Origin: an uncultured Holophaga sp.
Lineage (GTDB): Bacteria; Acidobacteriota; Holophagae; Holophagales; Holophagaceae
Length of the DNA: 64,000 nucleotides
Direction of reading: 5' to 3'
Assembly: GCA_963664825.1 (NCBI GenBank)
Contig: OY761614.1
Coordinates: forward strand, 3,168,001-3,232,000
Shown piece after piece: positions 48,086 to 58,997 of the stretch; position 1 is the first letter of the stretch; every line of letters begins with the position of its first letter. The position numbers and the translations under genes were made by a program. A model generated the notes under the pieces. It was not told where the DNA came from and did no database searches. It saw nothing but the letters and a program-made list of their open reading frames with translations.

Positions 48086-49548
48086 TGCTTCTTTGGATTG
48101 CGCCTCTTCCGGTGCCCCCCGTCCTCTCGGGGGATCCGGAGGCCGCCCTGCACCTGGAGGAACCCCTTCGCGCGGCCATGGCAGCAACCGAGGGCTACGG
48201 CCCCTGGCCCTCGGGGCGCTGGGAGCTGTTCCTCCATCCGGACGCCGCTAGCTTCGAAGGGACCATGCGGGCCACTCCCCGGCGCGGAGCGCAGTGGATC
48301 GGGAGCATCCTGCATCTGCGCCCCTGGGAACAGATGAAGCGCCGAGATTTGGGCGCCCTCCTGCGGCACGAACTGGTCCATCGCCGCCTCGCGGCGCTGC
48401 GCCTGCGCTCCTGGGAGGAGGAGGCCCGCTGCCTCCACGCGGAGACCCACGTGCGTCCACCCTCGCGGTGGCCCCTGCCTCCGGCCGCGGTGATGCAGGA
48501 ACGCCTGGACCGGGCGCTCCGGGGCGGTGCCACGCGCGAGCAGGCCTGGGCCTACGGGGCGCTCCGCGCCTGGGTGGCGGGGAAGCCATTGCCGCCTCCT
48601 CCCGTGCAACTGGGCCGGACTCTGGAAACGTGGCGAAAGGAGGCGATGGCCCTCGGGAACCGGGTCCTCGTGACCTGGCCCGCCGAGAGACTTCCCGAGG
48701 ACCTGGAGATCAATGGACAGCGGTTGTCCCAGTTGCGGGGAAACACCTTCCTGTTCCGGGGTGAAGTCCGTTTCGGCGAAAACACACATCTCGGAAGGCT
48801 GCGGGGAACCGTGAAGGCCACACGGGCGGGCCGGGGCTGGAACCTGCGGTGGGTCACCACGCCCGAGGCCTGGGTGGCGGCGGCCACGGATGGGGAACTG
48901 GGCCGGGACGCGCCCTTCGAGGCCCGGCGCGCCCTGGCCTCCGTTCTGAAGCGCTGGATCGAGGGGCATCCCAGGGGGAACCATGCGGATGGTTCCCTCT
49001 GTCCCCTCACCCACTGCGCCGTGATCCGAGGCGAGGGTTCCGAGGCTACCCAACAGGCTATGCGCACTTCCCCAGACCTCAAGTTGGATGCGCGTTGGGC
49101 CTTCTTCTGCGGTTCCAAGGGAGGCGTGTCGCTCAGCCCCCGGGAGGCATGGGGGGATGGACCCGATATCAAGGAAGGCGCCGAGGCCATTCCCAGCGAC
49201 CGATGGCAGATTTGGGAGCGGACGCTGACGGCAGCCCAGGTGAAGCTGCTCAAGGGCAGTGTCCGACCCGGGCTCAGGCCGGGTCAAAAGGGGCTCATGC
49301 TGGGCGCCTCGGGCCCCTATCCCGTGGAGGAGCTCCGCCTGGCGGCGGGCCGCGCCTTCGGATGGCCCGCCTGGCCGAGCAACGCCTGTGAAGGCGAAGT
49401 GGATGCGGAAGGGCGGTTGCACCTCCAGGGCCATGGATGGGGCCACAACGTGGGGCTCTGCCTCGCGACGGCCTCCTGGCAGGCCCGCCGAGGCCAGAAG
49501 GCGGAAACGATCCTCGCGGGAGCCTTCGGACTGGAGGCTCTGGAGTGA
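48082..49548 (+). CDS. SpoIID/LytB domain protein
   Basis: HADGSLCPLTHC, ELRLAAGRAFGW, C-terminal LQGHGWGHNVGLC..A..G..AETIL; overlaps the upstream gene (GTGA). Confidence 0.7.
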   Translation: MMLLWIAPLPVPPVLSGDPEAALHLEEPLRAAMAATEGYGPWPSGRWELFLHPDAASFEGTMRATPRRGAQWIGSILHLRPWEQMKRRDLGALLRHELVHRRLAALRLRSWEEEARCLHAETHVRPPSRWPLPPAAVMQERLDRALRGGATREQAWAYGALRAWVAGKPLPPPPVQLGRTLETWRKEAMALGNRVLVTWPAERLPEDLEINGQRLSQLRGNTFLFRGEVRFGENTHLGRLRGTVKATRAGRGWNLRWVTTPEAWVAAATDGELGRDAPFEARRALASVLKRWIEGHPRGNHADGSLCPLTHCAVIRGEGSEATQQAMRTSPDLKLDARWAFFCGSKGGVSLSPREAWGDGPDIKEGAEAIPSDRWQIWERTLTAAQVKLLKGSVRPGLRPGQKGLMLGASGPYPVEELRLAAGRAFGWPAWPSNACEGEVDAEGRLHLQGHGWGHNVGLCLATASWQARRGQKAETILAGAFGLEALE

Positions 49549-49871
49549 ACGGAGGCCCGTGGTCCGTCTACCTCCTGCGCTGCGGCGACGGGACGCTCTA
49601 CTGCGGCATCGCCCTGGATGTGCAGGCCCGTCTGGAAGCCCATGGGGCCGGGAAGGGGGCCAAGTACACCCGGGGACGGGGGCCGCTGGAACTGGCGTAC
49701 TCCGAAGTCTGCGGATCCAAGGGGGAGGCCCTGCGCCGGGAACAGGCGATCAAGGCCATGCCCAGGCCATCCAAGCTGGCCCTCATCGCGGGTGACGCGA
49801 ACGTGCGGACAAGGGGCGGATCTTTCCACCGCGAAGAGCGCAAAGAACGCAAGGGTGAGGCGCAGAAGTAG
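49545..49871 (+). CDS. GIY-YIG nuclease family protein (UPF0213/YhbQ)
   Basis: WSVYLLRCGDGTLYCGIA..RL..H..GKGAKYTRGRGP..ALRREQAIK. Confidence 0.88.
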   Translation: MNGGPWSVYLLRCGDGTLYCGIALDVQARLEAHGAGKGAKYTRGRGPLELAYSEVCGSKGEALRREQAIKAMPRPSKLALIAGDANVRTRGGSFHREERKERKGEAQK

Positions 49872-50015
49872 ACCATCGCGATCTGGCGGAGCGCTTGGAC
49901 AGGCACCGCCAAGCGGCCCGGAGGGGATTACAGAAAGGAGTGCGAGGGGAGGGGGCCCACCACACTGTCCATCACTGTCTATGTTTGGCGTTCTCGGCGT
50001 TCTTTGCGGTGAAAA
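49823..50015. repeat. Imperfect inverted repeat pair built from 9-nt units (REP-like)
   Basis: CACCGC-GAAGAGCGC-AAAGAACGC-AA at 49823-49852; the reverse complement of 49985-50015 reads CACCGC-AAAGAACGC-CGAGAACGC-CAA. Confidence 0.7.
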
Positions 50016-50067
50016 ACTATTCTGGAAAGGCCCTCCAGCGGATCGCTTGCGGCTACCGGGTTAAGCC

Positions 50068-51537
50068 CAATACGGTTCACTTAAGGTTTTGAATGGAGAT
50101 GGCGGGGGTGCAGTGGGCGTTGCATTTGATGGTTCTGTCGCGGACGTTCCAATTGCTCATTTTACGCTTGACCCCTCGGGGATTGGTGCGATTTCGACTG
50201 GAACTAGCCGGTTCCTTCACGAGCTCTTGCAGGATGGCGTTGTGGGCGATCAGGCGTTGGGCTGGGGGGAGAGAGCCGCGAAGTGCGGCAGGGTGCGGCG
50301 GATGACCCTCACGGCATGGATGAACGATAGTCGATCCGGGTCGATCTCGGCCTGGAGTGCGGCTTCATGCATGAGGCCCCGAATGGCGAAATGGGCCATC
50401 ATCAGGCCGTAGAACTCCTGGCGGATGAGATCGGGGGTCTTGCTGCGCAGCAGCATCTGGCGGCCTCGGAGGTGGGTCTTCAGCTCGTCGAAGGCGGACT
50501 CGATCTCCCAGCGTTCGGGATAGAGCGCGGCCAACTCGACGGCCGGGGCGATCTTGGGATCCAGGAGGGTGGTGATGAGACGGTAGGTGGTTTCGCCCTC
50601 GGAATCGGGGGGCATTGGAATGCCCTGGAGTGTGTAGGCGATGACTCGCACCCGAACGCCTTTTGAGGGGTGTCGATATTCACGGGTGGGATACAGGGTG
50701 GAGAGGTAGGAGCCGTCTTCGAGTTCCTCTTCCCTGGGCAGGCCGAGCTTTGCATTGACCCTCCAGAGGAGGTCGGCACCGGTGGCCTTGGCTTTGTTCC
50801 AAAACTCGAAGCCGTAGAAACCGCGATCGGCGAGACAGAGCATTCCTGGGGTCAGGGCCGGGAGGAGTTGGTGGGCGATGGCTTTCTCGCTGGTGTTGAA
50901 GCCCTCCATGCGGGAAGCAAAGAGGACATGGGTACCGCTCTCGACCAGGGAGACGAAGCGCACCTGCGGATAGGCGCTGGTTCCTCGGGCAACGCCGGGG
51001 CGGCCGAACTCCGTTTCGATGGCGGGGGCCTCGGGAACATCCAGGGTGCTGCCGTCGATGCTGACAATGCGCCACTGGCGGTACCAGGCCCCGGGGGTGT
51101 CCGGGGTGGCGATGGGCTGGACAACCTTGTCGTGAAGGCGCTGGAGAGGTTCCCAGCCGAGACGGGACCTGGCCTGAGAGATGGCGGACTTCCCGGCGAT
51201 ATGCAGGTCCTCGGGGGTACCCTGCAGCCACCGGAGGCCCTCCATGAGGCAGCGCAGGACCTCTCGGCAGGAGGCCTGGGTGAAGAGGGCCAGAGCGATG
51301 ACGTAGTAGATCACCACATGCGCCGGCAGATCTCGGTGGCGTTGACTCGCCCGCCCAGTCTCCTTGAGCACCGCTTCCACCTGGTGCGTGGGGAAGAGCC
51401 GGGCCACCACCCCCAGGGTGATGAAGTCCGAGATTCGCGTTCCACCCTCGAGCGTAGCTGGTGTCCTGGCCATTGTGAGCCCTACACCGAATCTAGGCAG
51501 TCGCACAGGCCTGTCAAGGCTTAAGTGAACGGTATTA
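50068..51537 (-). mobile_element. Complete IS4-family insertion sequence
   Basis: 18-bp TIRs CAATACGGTTCACTTAAG (50068-50085) and, as reverse complement, TAATACCGTTCACTTAAG (51520-51537); target duplication GGGTTAAGCC(C) at 50058-50067 and 51538-51547. Confidence 0.95.
50250..51473 (-). CDS. IS4 family DDE transposase
   Basis: SIDGST, LADRGF, YPERWEIESAFDELK (YREK motif); putative promoter TTGACA-16nt-TAGATT at 51517-51490. Confidence 0.95.
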   Translation of the reverse strand: MARTPATLEGGTRISDFITLGVVARLFPTHQVEAVLKETGRASQRHRDLPAHVVIYYVIALALFTQASCREVLRCLMEGLRWLQGTPEDLHIAGKSAISQARSRLGWEPLQRLHDKVVQPIATPDTPGAWYRQWRIVSIDGSTLDVPEAPAIETEFGRPGVARGTSAYPQVRFVSLVESGTHVLFASRMEGFNTSEKAIAHQLLPALTPGMLCLADRGFYGFEFWNKAKATGADLLWRVNAKLGLPREEELEDGSYLSTLYPTREYRHPSKGVRVRVIAYTLQGIPMPPDSEGETTYRLITTLLDPKIAPAVELAALYPERWEIESAFDELKTHLRGRQMLLRSKTPDLIRQEFYGLMMAHFAIRGLMHEAALQAEIDPDRLSFIHAVRVIRRTLPHFAALSPQPNA

Positions 51538-52219
51538 GGGTTAAGCCCTTCTTCATCTCCGAGAGCAGCTCCCGGATGGCCCGCAGGGGATCGGGGGCCT
51601 TGAATACGGCGTTGCCGGCCACCAGCACGTCCGCCCCGGCCCGCACCAGTTCCTGGGCGTTCTCCAGGCCCACGCCGCCATCCACCTGGATGAGGAATGG
51701 CACTTGGCGCTCGGTGCGCAGGGCATCCAGGCGCTTCACCTTATCGAGGGTGCGCGGGATGAAGCTCTGGCCACCGAAGCCCGGGTTCACGCTCATGAGC
51801 AGGACGAAATCAAAATCGTCCACCAGATCGATGAGGGTCTCCACCGGCGTGGCGGGGTTGAGCACGACGCCGGCCTTGGCCCCCGCGGCTTGGATGGCGC
51901 CCAGGGTCCGGTGCAGATGGGGGTCGGCCTCCTGGTGCACGCTCACCCAGTCGGCGCCGGATTTCACGAATTCCACGGCGTATTTCAGGGGTTCCACGAT
52001 CATCAGGTGGCAGTCCAGGGGCAGCCTCGTCTCCTTTCGCAGGGCGGCCACCACGGGCATTCCGAGCGTGATATTGGGGACGAAGCGCCCGTCCATCACG
52101 TCCACGTGCACGCTGCAGCCTCCGGCCTGCTCCAGCAGCCTCAGCGCGTCTGCGAGACGTGCGAAATCCGCCGAGAGAATAGAAGGGGCCAGGAGGGGTT
52201 CGGAAGGGCGGAGGGACAT
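51521..52219 (-). CDS. rpe: Ribulose-phosphate 3-epimerase (stop codon supplied by the IS end)
   Basis: APSILSADF, HVDVMDG.FVPN, DCHLMI, MSVNPGFGGQ, VDGGV. Confidence 0.95.
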   Translation of the reverse strand: MSLRPSEPLLAPSILSADFARLADALRLLEQAGGCSVHVDVMDGRFVPNITLGMPVVAALRKETRLPLDCHLMIVEPLKYAVEFVKSGADWVSVHQEADPHLHRTLGAIQAAGAKAGVVLNPATPVETLIDLVDDFDFVLLMSVNPGFGGQSFIPRTLDKVKRLDALRTERQVPFLIQVDGGVGLENAQELVRAGADVLVAGNAVFKAPDPLRAIRELLSEMKKGLTLIPFT

Positions 52220-52276
52220 GGGCTCACATCAGAAAAGGAAGAAGAAGGGAAAGATACCAGGGCTATTATCCCCCGC

Positions 52277-53935
52277 TCACCGGGATTCCGAAGCGCTGAA
52301 GATCTCCCGGCCATCGACCCACATCCGGCCGGGCTTGAGGTGGCGCAGTTCCTCGGGGCTCAGGGTCAGAATGGGGGCTTGCACCCAGAGCAGATCGGCC
52401 ACGGCCCCCACCTTGAGGAGGCCGAGCTCCCTGTGCCCCAACACCTGGCCGCTGGTCTCCGTGTAGGCCCGGATGGTTTCCGATCGCGTGAGCCGATGGA
52501 GGGGCTGGAATCCCCCCGAGGGATCCCCCGCGGCATCCTGGCGCGTCTCGGCGACAGCCATTGTCGGGAAGGGATTGGCGTCGGCGATGGGCGCGTCGCT
52601 GCCGAAGACGAGGGGCGCGCCGCCCTTGAGGAAGCTGCGCCAGGGGAAGGCGCCGTCCAGGCGTTCGGGTCCCAGGCGGGCGGGGGTCCAGGCATGGTCA
52701 TCGGCCAGATGCATGGGCTGGACGGAGACCACGAGCCCGGCCTTCCCGAATGCGAGGGCATCGCTTGGGGTGACAATCTGGGCGTGTTCCACCCGGGGGG
52801 CGAAGGCATCCCCCTTGCGGCGGGCCTTGGCCAGCACGTCCAGGGCGGCGTGGTTGGCCGCGTCCCCGATGGCGTGGGCGGCGGGCTGGTACCCGGCCCG
52901 GAGGACGAGGACTGCGGCCTTCCCGAGGGCCTCGGGCTCGGTGACCCACAGCCCCTGGGTGCCCGGGGCATCCGCATAGGGCGCCAGCATCCGCGCCCCG
53001 CGGCTGCCCAGGGCGCCATCGAAGTAGAACTTCACCCCCTGCACCTGGAAGAAGGAGAGCCGCGGGGCATGGGGGCGCCTCAGCTCCCGGAGCATGAGGC
53101 GGGAATCCTGATCGAAGTAGCTGAAGACGCGGATGGGCAGGGCATTGGAAGCCGCCAAGCGGCGGTAGGTCTCCAGGGTGATGGCGTCTCCGCCCATATC
53201 GCAGGCCGAGGTGAAACCCAGGCGCTGGAGCGCCTGGAGCCCCTTCCGGATCCAGGCCTCGCGCTGGCCTGAGGTGGCGGCCGGGATCTTCGATTCCACC
53301 AGGCTCATGGCGTTATCCAGGAGGATGCCCGTGGCGTGGCCCTGGGCATCCCGCAGGATGCGGCCTCCCGTCGGGTCCTGCGTGGCGTCCTCGATGCCTG
53401 CGACTCGGAGGGCCGCCCCGTTGGCCCAGAGAGCGTGGCCGTCCACGCGCCGGAAGGAAGCCGGACGGGGGCCGGTCACCCCATCCAGACCCGCGGCCGT
53501 GGGGAAGGCCTGGGCCTCCCAGAGGTTCTGGTCCCAACCCCAGCCCAGGATCCACCCTTCGGGATTGGCTTGGGCCCAGGTCCTGATTCGGTCCAGGGCC
53601 TCCTGCCTTCTGCGGAGGCCGCGCAGATCCACCTGAGCCTCCAGCTTGCCGATGCCCTCCACGTGGCAGTGGCCCTCGATGAAGCCCGGCAGGAGTGTGC
53701 CGCCCTCCAGATGGACCACCCTGGCCTTGGGAAAACGTTTGGCGAGGGCCCCTTCCTTGGCGATGGCCGCGATCTTCCCTCCCCGGATGGCCAGGGCCTG
53801 GCCGGGGAGGGCGCCATTCTCCTGCCAGAGTTCGGCCCCGGAGAGGATGAAAAGGGCAGGGGGAGGTGGGGGCAGCAGCATGAGGCATCCGCAATGAAGG
53901 AGTCTCAAGTCTAGTGGTGCCCGCCCAAAATACAT
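52277..53935 (-). CDS. Amidohydrolase family 3 (YtcJ-like) metallohydrolase
   Basis: PGFIEGHCH, GWDQN.W, DGALGSRGA, HAIGD, VEHAQ, GSDAP; start uncertain (53908-53935). Confidence 0.85.
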   Translation of the reverse strand: MYFGRAPLDLRLLHCGCLMLLPPPPPALFILSGAELWQENGALPGQALAIRGGKIAAIAKEGALAKRFPKARVVHLEGGTLLPGFIEGHCHVEGIGKLEAQVDLRGLRRRQEALDRIRTWAQANPEGWILGWGWDQNLWEAQAFPTAAGLDGVTGPRPASFRRVDGHALWANGAALRVAGIEDATQDPTGGRILRDAQGHATGILLDNAMSLVESKIPAATSGQREAWIRKGLQALQRLGFTSACDMGGDAITLETYRRLAASNALPIRVFSYFDQDSRLMLRELRRPHAPRLSFFQVQGVKFYFDGALGSRGARMLAPYADAPGTQGLWVTEPEALGKAAVLVLRAGYQPAAHAIGDAANHAALDVLAKARRKGDAFAPRVEHAQIVTPSDALAFGKAGLVVSVQPMHLADDHAWTPARLGPERLDGAFPWRSFLKGGAPLVFGSDAPIADANPFPTMAVAETRQDAAGDPSGGFQPLHRLTRSETIRAYTETSGQVLGHRELGLLKVGAVADLLWVQAPILTLSPEELRHLKPGRMWVDGREIFSASESR

Positions 53936-53976
53936 GAGACAGACAAAGCGCACCCTGGGCACCACGTGGCAGGGGT

Positions 53977-54116
53977 CTGGGGGCATGGCAGTGCCCCCAG
54001 AGGGATGACAGCCCGCAGACGCACTGCGTTTGCGGGCGCCAGAGGGGGCCTTGCCCCCATGGAAGTGCACCCCGCCGTCAACAAAGCTTGTACCTGTCAT
54101 TCAGGCGGGGTGCACT
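53977..54116. other. Cluster of four GC-rich hairpins in a divergent intergenic region
   Basis: CTGGGGGCA/TGCCCCCAG; GCCCGCAGACGC/GCGTTTGCGGGC; GGGGGC/GCCCCC; AGTGCACCCCGCC/GGCGGGGTGCACT. Confidence 0.7.
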
Positions 54117-54177
54117 AGCCCTTGAGGTGCTATCGATCCGGCCCCCCTGATAACCTGTGGGGAGTCCCGGAGGCCGC

Positions 54178-55833
<1,656 letters not shown>

Positions 55834-55938
55834 ACGAAACACCCCTGCCTCTGAGAGGGGCCGCTGGATCATTCCTAATGTCCTGGGCCCATGGGATCGA
55901 TGAACCCGGAAGCGGGCATTGTCGAGCCGCTCCTCCCC

Positions 55939-57135
55939 ATGAAAAAACGCATCCTCTTCGTCGCTGACGATCCCCATTCCCTCAAGGCCCTGCGGGCGAT
56001 GGTTGGCCCCATGGAGAGGGAATGGAGGATGACCTTCGCCGAAGGGGGGGCCCAGGCTCTGGAACATCTGGACCACTGTGCCTTCGATGTGGTGGTGACG
56101 GATCTGGGAATGCCCGGGGTGGACGGGCGCCAGGTGCTGGAGCACGCCCTGCGCCTCCATCCCATGGCCGTGCGCATGGTTTTTGCCGGTCCCAGCGACC
56201 AGGAACGCCTGATGGAGAGCCTGGGTGTCATCCATCAGGCCCTCTCCAAATCCTGCGGTCTGGAGGAGCTGACCGTGCTGGTGGGCAACGCCTCCCGGTT
56301 GGGCGATAGCATCCTGGACGAGGAACTCAAGAGGGCCATCGGCCACCTGGAATGTCTGCCCACCGTGCCCCAGATGTACCAGGAGCTGCGCGTCGCCCTC
56401 GAAGAAGATGGTGCGACCGTCAAGCGTGTGGCGGAGATCCTCTGTCAGGACATGGGTATGAGCGCCAAGATCCTGAGCCTGGTCAATAGCGCCTTCTTCG
56501 GCTTGCGGCGCACGGTGGAGAGCCTCCAGGAGGCCGTGGCCTTCCTGGGCACCGAGACCATCAAGGTGCTGGTGCTGGCCCACGGGCTCTTCGATCAAAC
56601 GGGCGTGTTGGAAACCAAGGTCCTCACCCTCGAGGACATCTGGCGCCATAGCCTGAGTGTTGCCTGGGGAGCCCGGGCCCTGGCGGCCATGGAGGGGCTT
56701 TCCCGTCCTCTCCATTCGGAGGCCTTCATGGGGGGCATGCTCCACGATGTGGGCATCCTCGTCTTGGCGAAGAATTTCCCTGAACGCTACGACCGGGTCG
56801 TGCAATTGAGCGCCGAGGAGCGCCTTCCGGTGTACCGCGCCGAGCACCTGGAATTTGGCCTCAGCCACGCCGAGGTGGGCGCCTATATCCTGGGCCTCTG
56901 GGGCATCCAGCCCGCCGTACTCAAGGCCGTGAGCCTCCATCACACGCCGAGCGCTCTGCGCGTGACCTCCTTCAATCCCCTCCTGGCCATCCACCTCGCC
57001 GATAATCTCTGCGGTGTGCGGGATCACCATGCCCTCTTCGAACATTCGGCGCTCGATGAGCGGGCCCTCGGCATCCTGGGGCTCCGGGAGCATCTGGCGG
57101 GCTGGCGCAAGGTGCTGGCCAAGTCTGCCTGGTAG
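55939..57135 (+). CDS. Receiver plus HDOD domain signalling protein
   Basis: ILFVADD..VVVTDLGMP; LPTVP..VNSAFFG..WRHS..LHDVG..HAEVGAYIL..W..HH. Start could be 55891. Confidence 0.88.
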   Translation: MKKRILFVADDPHSLKALRAMVGPMEREWRMTFAEGGAQALEHLDHCAFDVVVTDLGMPGVDGRQVLEHALRLHPMAVRMVFAGPSDQERLMESLGVIHQALSKSCGLEELTVLVGNASRLGDSILDEELKRAIGHLECLPTVPQMYQELRVALEEDGATVKRVAEILCQDMGMSAKILSLVNSAFFGLRRTVESLQEAVAFLGTETIKVLVLAHGLFDQTGVLETKVLTLEDIWRHSLSVAWGARALAAMEGLSRPLHSEAFMGGMLHDVGILVLAKNFPERYDRVVQLSAEERLPVYRAEHLEFGLSHAEVGAYILGLWGIQPAVLKAVSLHHTPSALRVTSFNPLLAIHLADNLCGVRDHHALFEHSALDERALGILGLREHLAGWRKVLAKSAW

Positions 57136-57177
57136 CCGCGACAGAGGGGGCCCGGTTCCTCTACAATTGGAATCACC

Positions 57178-58278
57178 ATGGCACCTGATGTCCGAAGACC
57201 CATCGACCGCTGGCTCCTGTTCTTCGCCTTCCTCCTCATGGCGGTGGGCATGGTCTGGGTCTATTCGGCCTCGGGCATGAAGAGCAGCGTGGCCACGACC
57301 TTCCTGGTCCAGCAGATGGTGGCCGGGGGGATTGGTATCGCACTGATGCTAGCCCTGAGCCAGGTGGATCTGAGGGCCCTGCGGGAGAAGCCCCGGGCGC
57401 TGCAGATCGTCTATGTCATCTTCGTGCTCCTGCTGGTGGCCGTCTTCTTCTTCCCGGATGTGAAGGGCGCCCATCGCTGGATCCGCCTCCTGGGCCAGCG
57501 CTTCCAGCCTTCGGAATTCTTCAAGCCGCTGGTGGTGCTCATCACGGCCTGGTGGATGGTGCGCTACCAGGATGTCTGGACCCGGCTCCAGGAATCCTTG
57601 CCCCGCCTCGTGCTCCTCCTGCTGATCATCGGGCTCCCCCTCGGGCTCATCCTCTTTGAACCCGATTTCGGCACCACGGTCCTGGTGTCTCTGGTGGTCT
57701 TCATGCTGGTCTTTCTCGGGGGGCTGCACCGGGCCCTGCTGGCAGGCTTCGGCGGCACCCTTGCCCTGGGGGCCGTGATGGCCGTGGTGGCGAGCCCCTA
57801 TCGACTGGCCCGGGTGATGAGCTTCCGGAATCCGGAAGCCGATCCTCTGGGAAAGGGCCACCAGGCCCTCCAGAGCCTGATCGCGGTGGGCAATGGGGGG
57901 ATCTTCGGCGTCGGGGTCGGCAACAGCATGCAGAAGCTGTTCTATCTGCCCGAGGCCCACAACGACTTCATCTTCGCCGTGATCGCCGAGGAGGCGGGCC
58001 TCGTCGGAACCGTGGCGGTGCTGCTGCTCTTCTCCGGCATCCTCTGGCGGGGCTACCGCATCAGTCGCCGGGTGAGGGATAACTATCTGCGCCTCTGCGC
58101 CATCGGCTTCACCATGATTCTGGTGGTGCAGGCCTTCATGAACATGAGCGTGGTGCTCAGCATCGCGCCCAACAAGGGCATTCCGCTGCCTTTCATCAGC
58201 TATGGCGGAACCAGCCTCATGGCCTCCCTGGCCACCCTGGGGCTGCTGCTGGCTGTAAGCAAGGAAGCGAGTGAGTGA
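57178..58278 (+). CDS. ftsW: SEDS family peptidoglycan polymerase FtsW/RodA
   Basis: GAHRWI, FQPSE, EPDFG, LPEAHNDFIF, KGIPLPFISYGGTS. Confidence 0.85.
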   Translation: MAPDVRRPIDRWLLFFAFLLMAVGMVWVYSASGMKSSVATTFLVQQMVAGGIGIALMLALSQVDLRALREKPRALQIVYVIFVLLLVAVFFFPDVKGAHRWIRLLGQRFQPSEFFKPLVVLITAWWMVRYQDVWTRLQESLPRLVLLLLIIGLPLGLILFEPDFGTTVLVSLVVFMLVFLGGLHRALLAGFGGTLALGAVMAVVASPYRLARVMSFRNPEADPLGKGHQALQSLIAVGNGGIFGVGVGNSMQKLFYLPEAHNDFIFAVIAEEAGLVGTVAVLLLFSGILWRGYRISRRVRDNYLRLCAIGFTMILVVQAFMNMSVVLSIAPNKGIPLPFISYGGTSLMASLATLGLLLAVSKEASE

Positions 58279-58285
58279 ATTGGAA

Positions 58286-58996
58286 ATGACAACTCCGAAA
58301 CAAGTCGTTATCGCTGGCGCCACCGGTCTCATCGGCCGCGAGCTGGTCCGGCAGCTCCACGAACGGCCCGATGTGGCCTTCACGGCCCTGGTGCGGAAGG
58401 AGGGGATCCTCTCGCAGCTCTCGGATCGCGTCCGGGAAGTGCGCTTCGACTTTGAGGATCCGGCCTCCTACGCCCGCATCGGCACGGAGATCCCCTGCGA
58501 TGTCCTGCTCTGCGCCCTCGGCACCACCTTGAAGAAGGCGGGCAGCCGGGAGGCCTTCCGGAAGGTGGATCTCGAGATGCCCGAGGCTCTCATCGAGAGG
58601 GCCGCTACGCTGGAATCCCGGCCGATCTTCGGGCTCGTCAGCGCCGCGGGAGCCGGTCACCCCAGGGGCTTCTACCTCCAGACCAAGGCCGAGGTGGAGA
58701 AGGCCCTCCTGGATTCAGGACTGCCCTACATCATCCTGCGGCCTTCCCTCCTCATGGGGGACCGGAAGGAATTCCGCCTGGCGGAAAGGCTCACGCTCCT
58801 ATTCCTGGCCAAGCCTTTCCTGGCCCTGGCCCGGACCTTCGCGCCGCACTCCAAGCTCGTCTGGAAATATGCCCCCATCCAGGGTGCCAAGGTGGCGGAA
58901 ACCCTCCTGCGCTATTGCGTCGACGAGCCCATCCATGCCCAGGGGCGCGTAATCAGCGGCATCGCGCTCCACCACCCGATCCTGGATCTGGACTAA
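58286..58996 (+). CDS. NAD(P)-binding Rossmann protein (YraR/TIP30-like)
   Basis: AGATGLIG, CALGTT.KKAGS, FYLQTK, RPSLL.G.R. Confidence 0.82.
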   Translation: MTTPKQVVIAGATGLIGRELVRQLHERPDVAFTALVRKEGILSQLSDRVREVRFDFEDPASYARIGTEIPCDVLLCALGTTLKKAGSREAFRKVDLEMPEALIERAATLESRPIFGLVSAAGAGHPRGFYLQTKAEVEKALLDSGLPYIILRPSLLMGDRKEFRLAERLTLLFLAKPFLALARTFAPHSKLVWKYAPIQGAKVAETLLRYCVDEPIHAQGRVISGIALHHPILDLD

Positions 58997-58997
58997 A

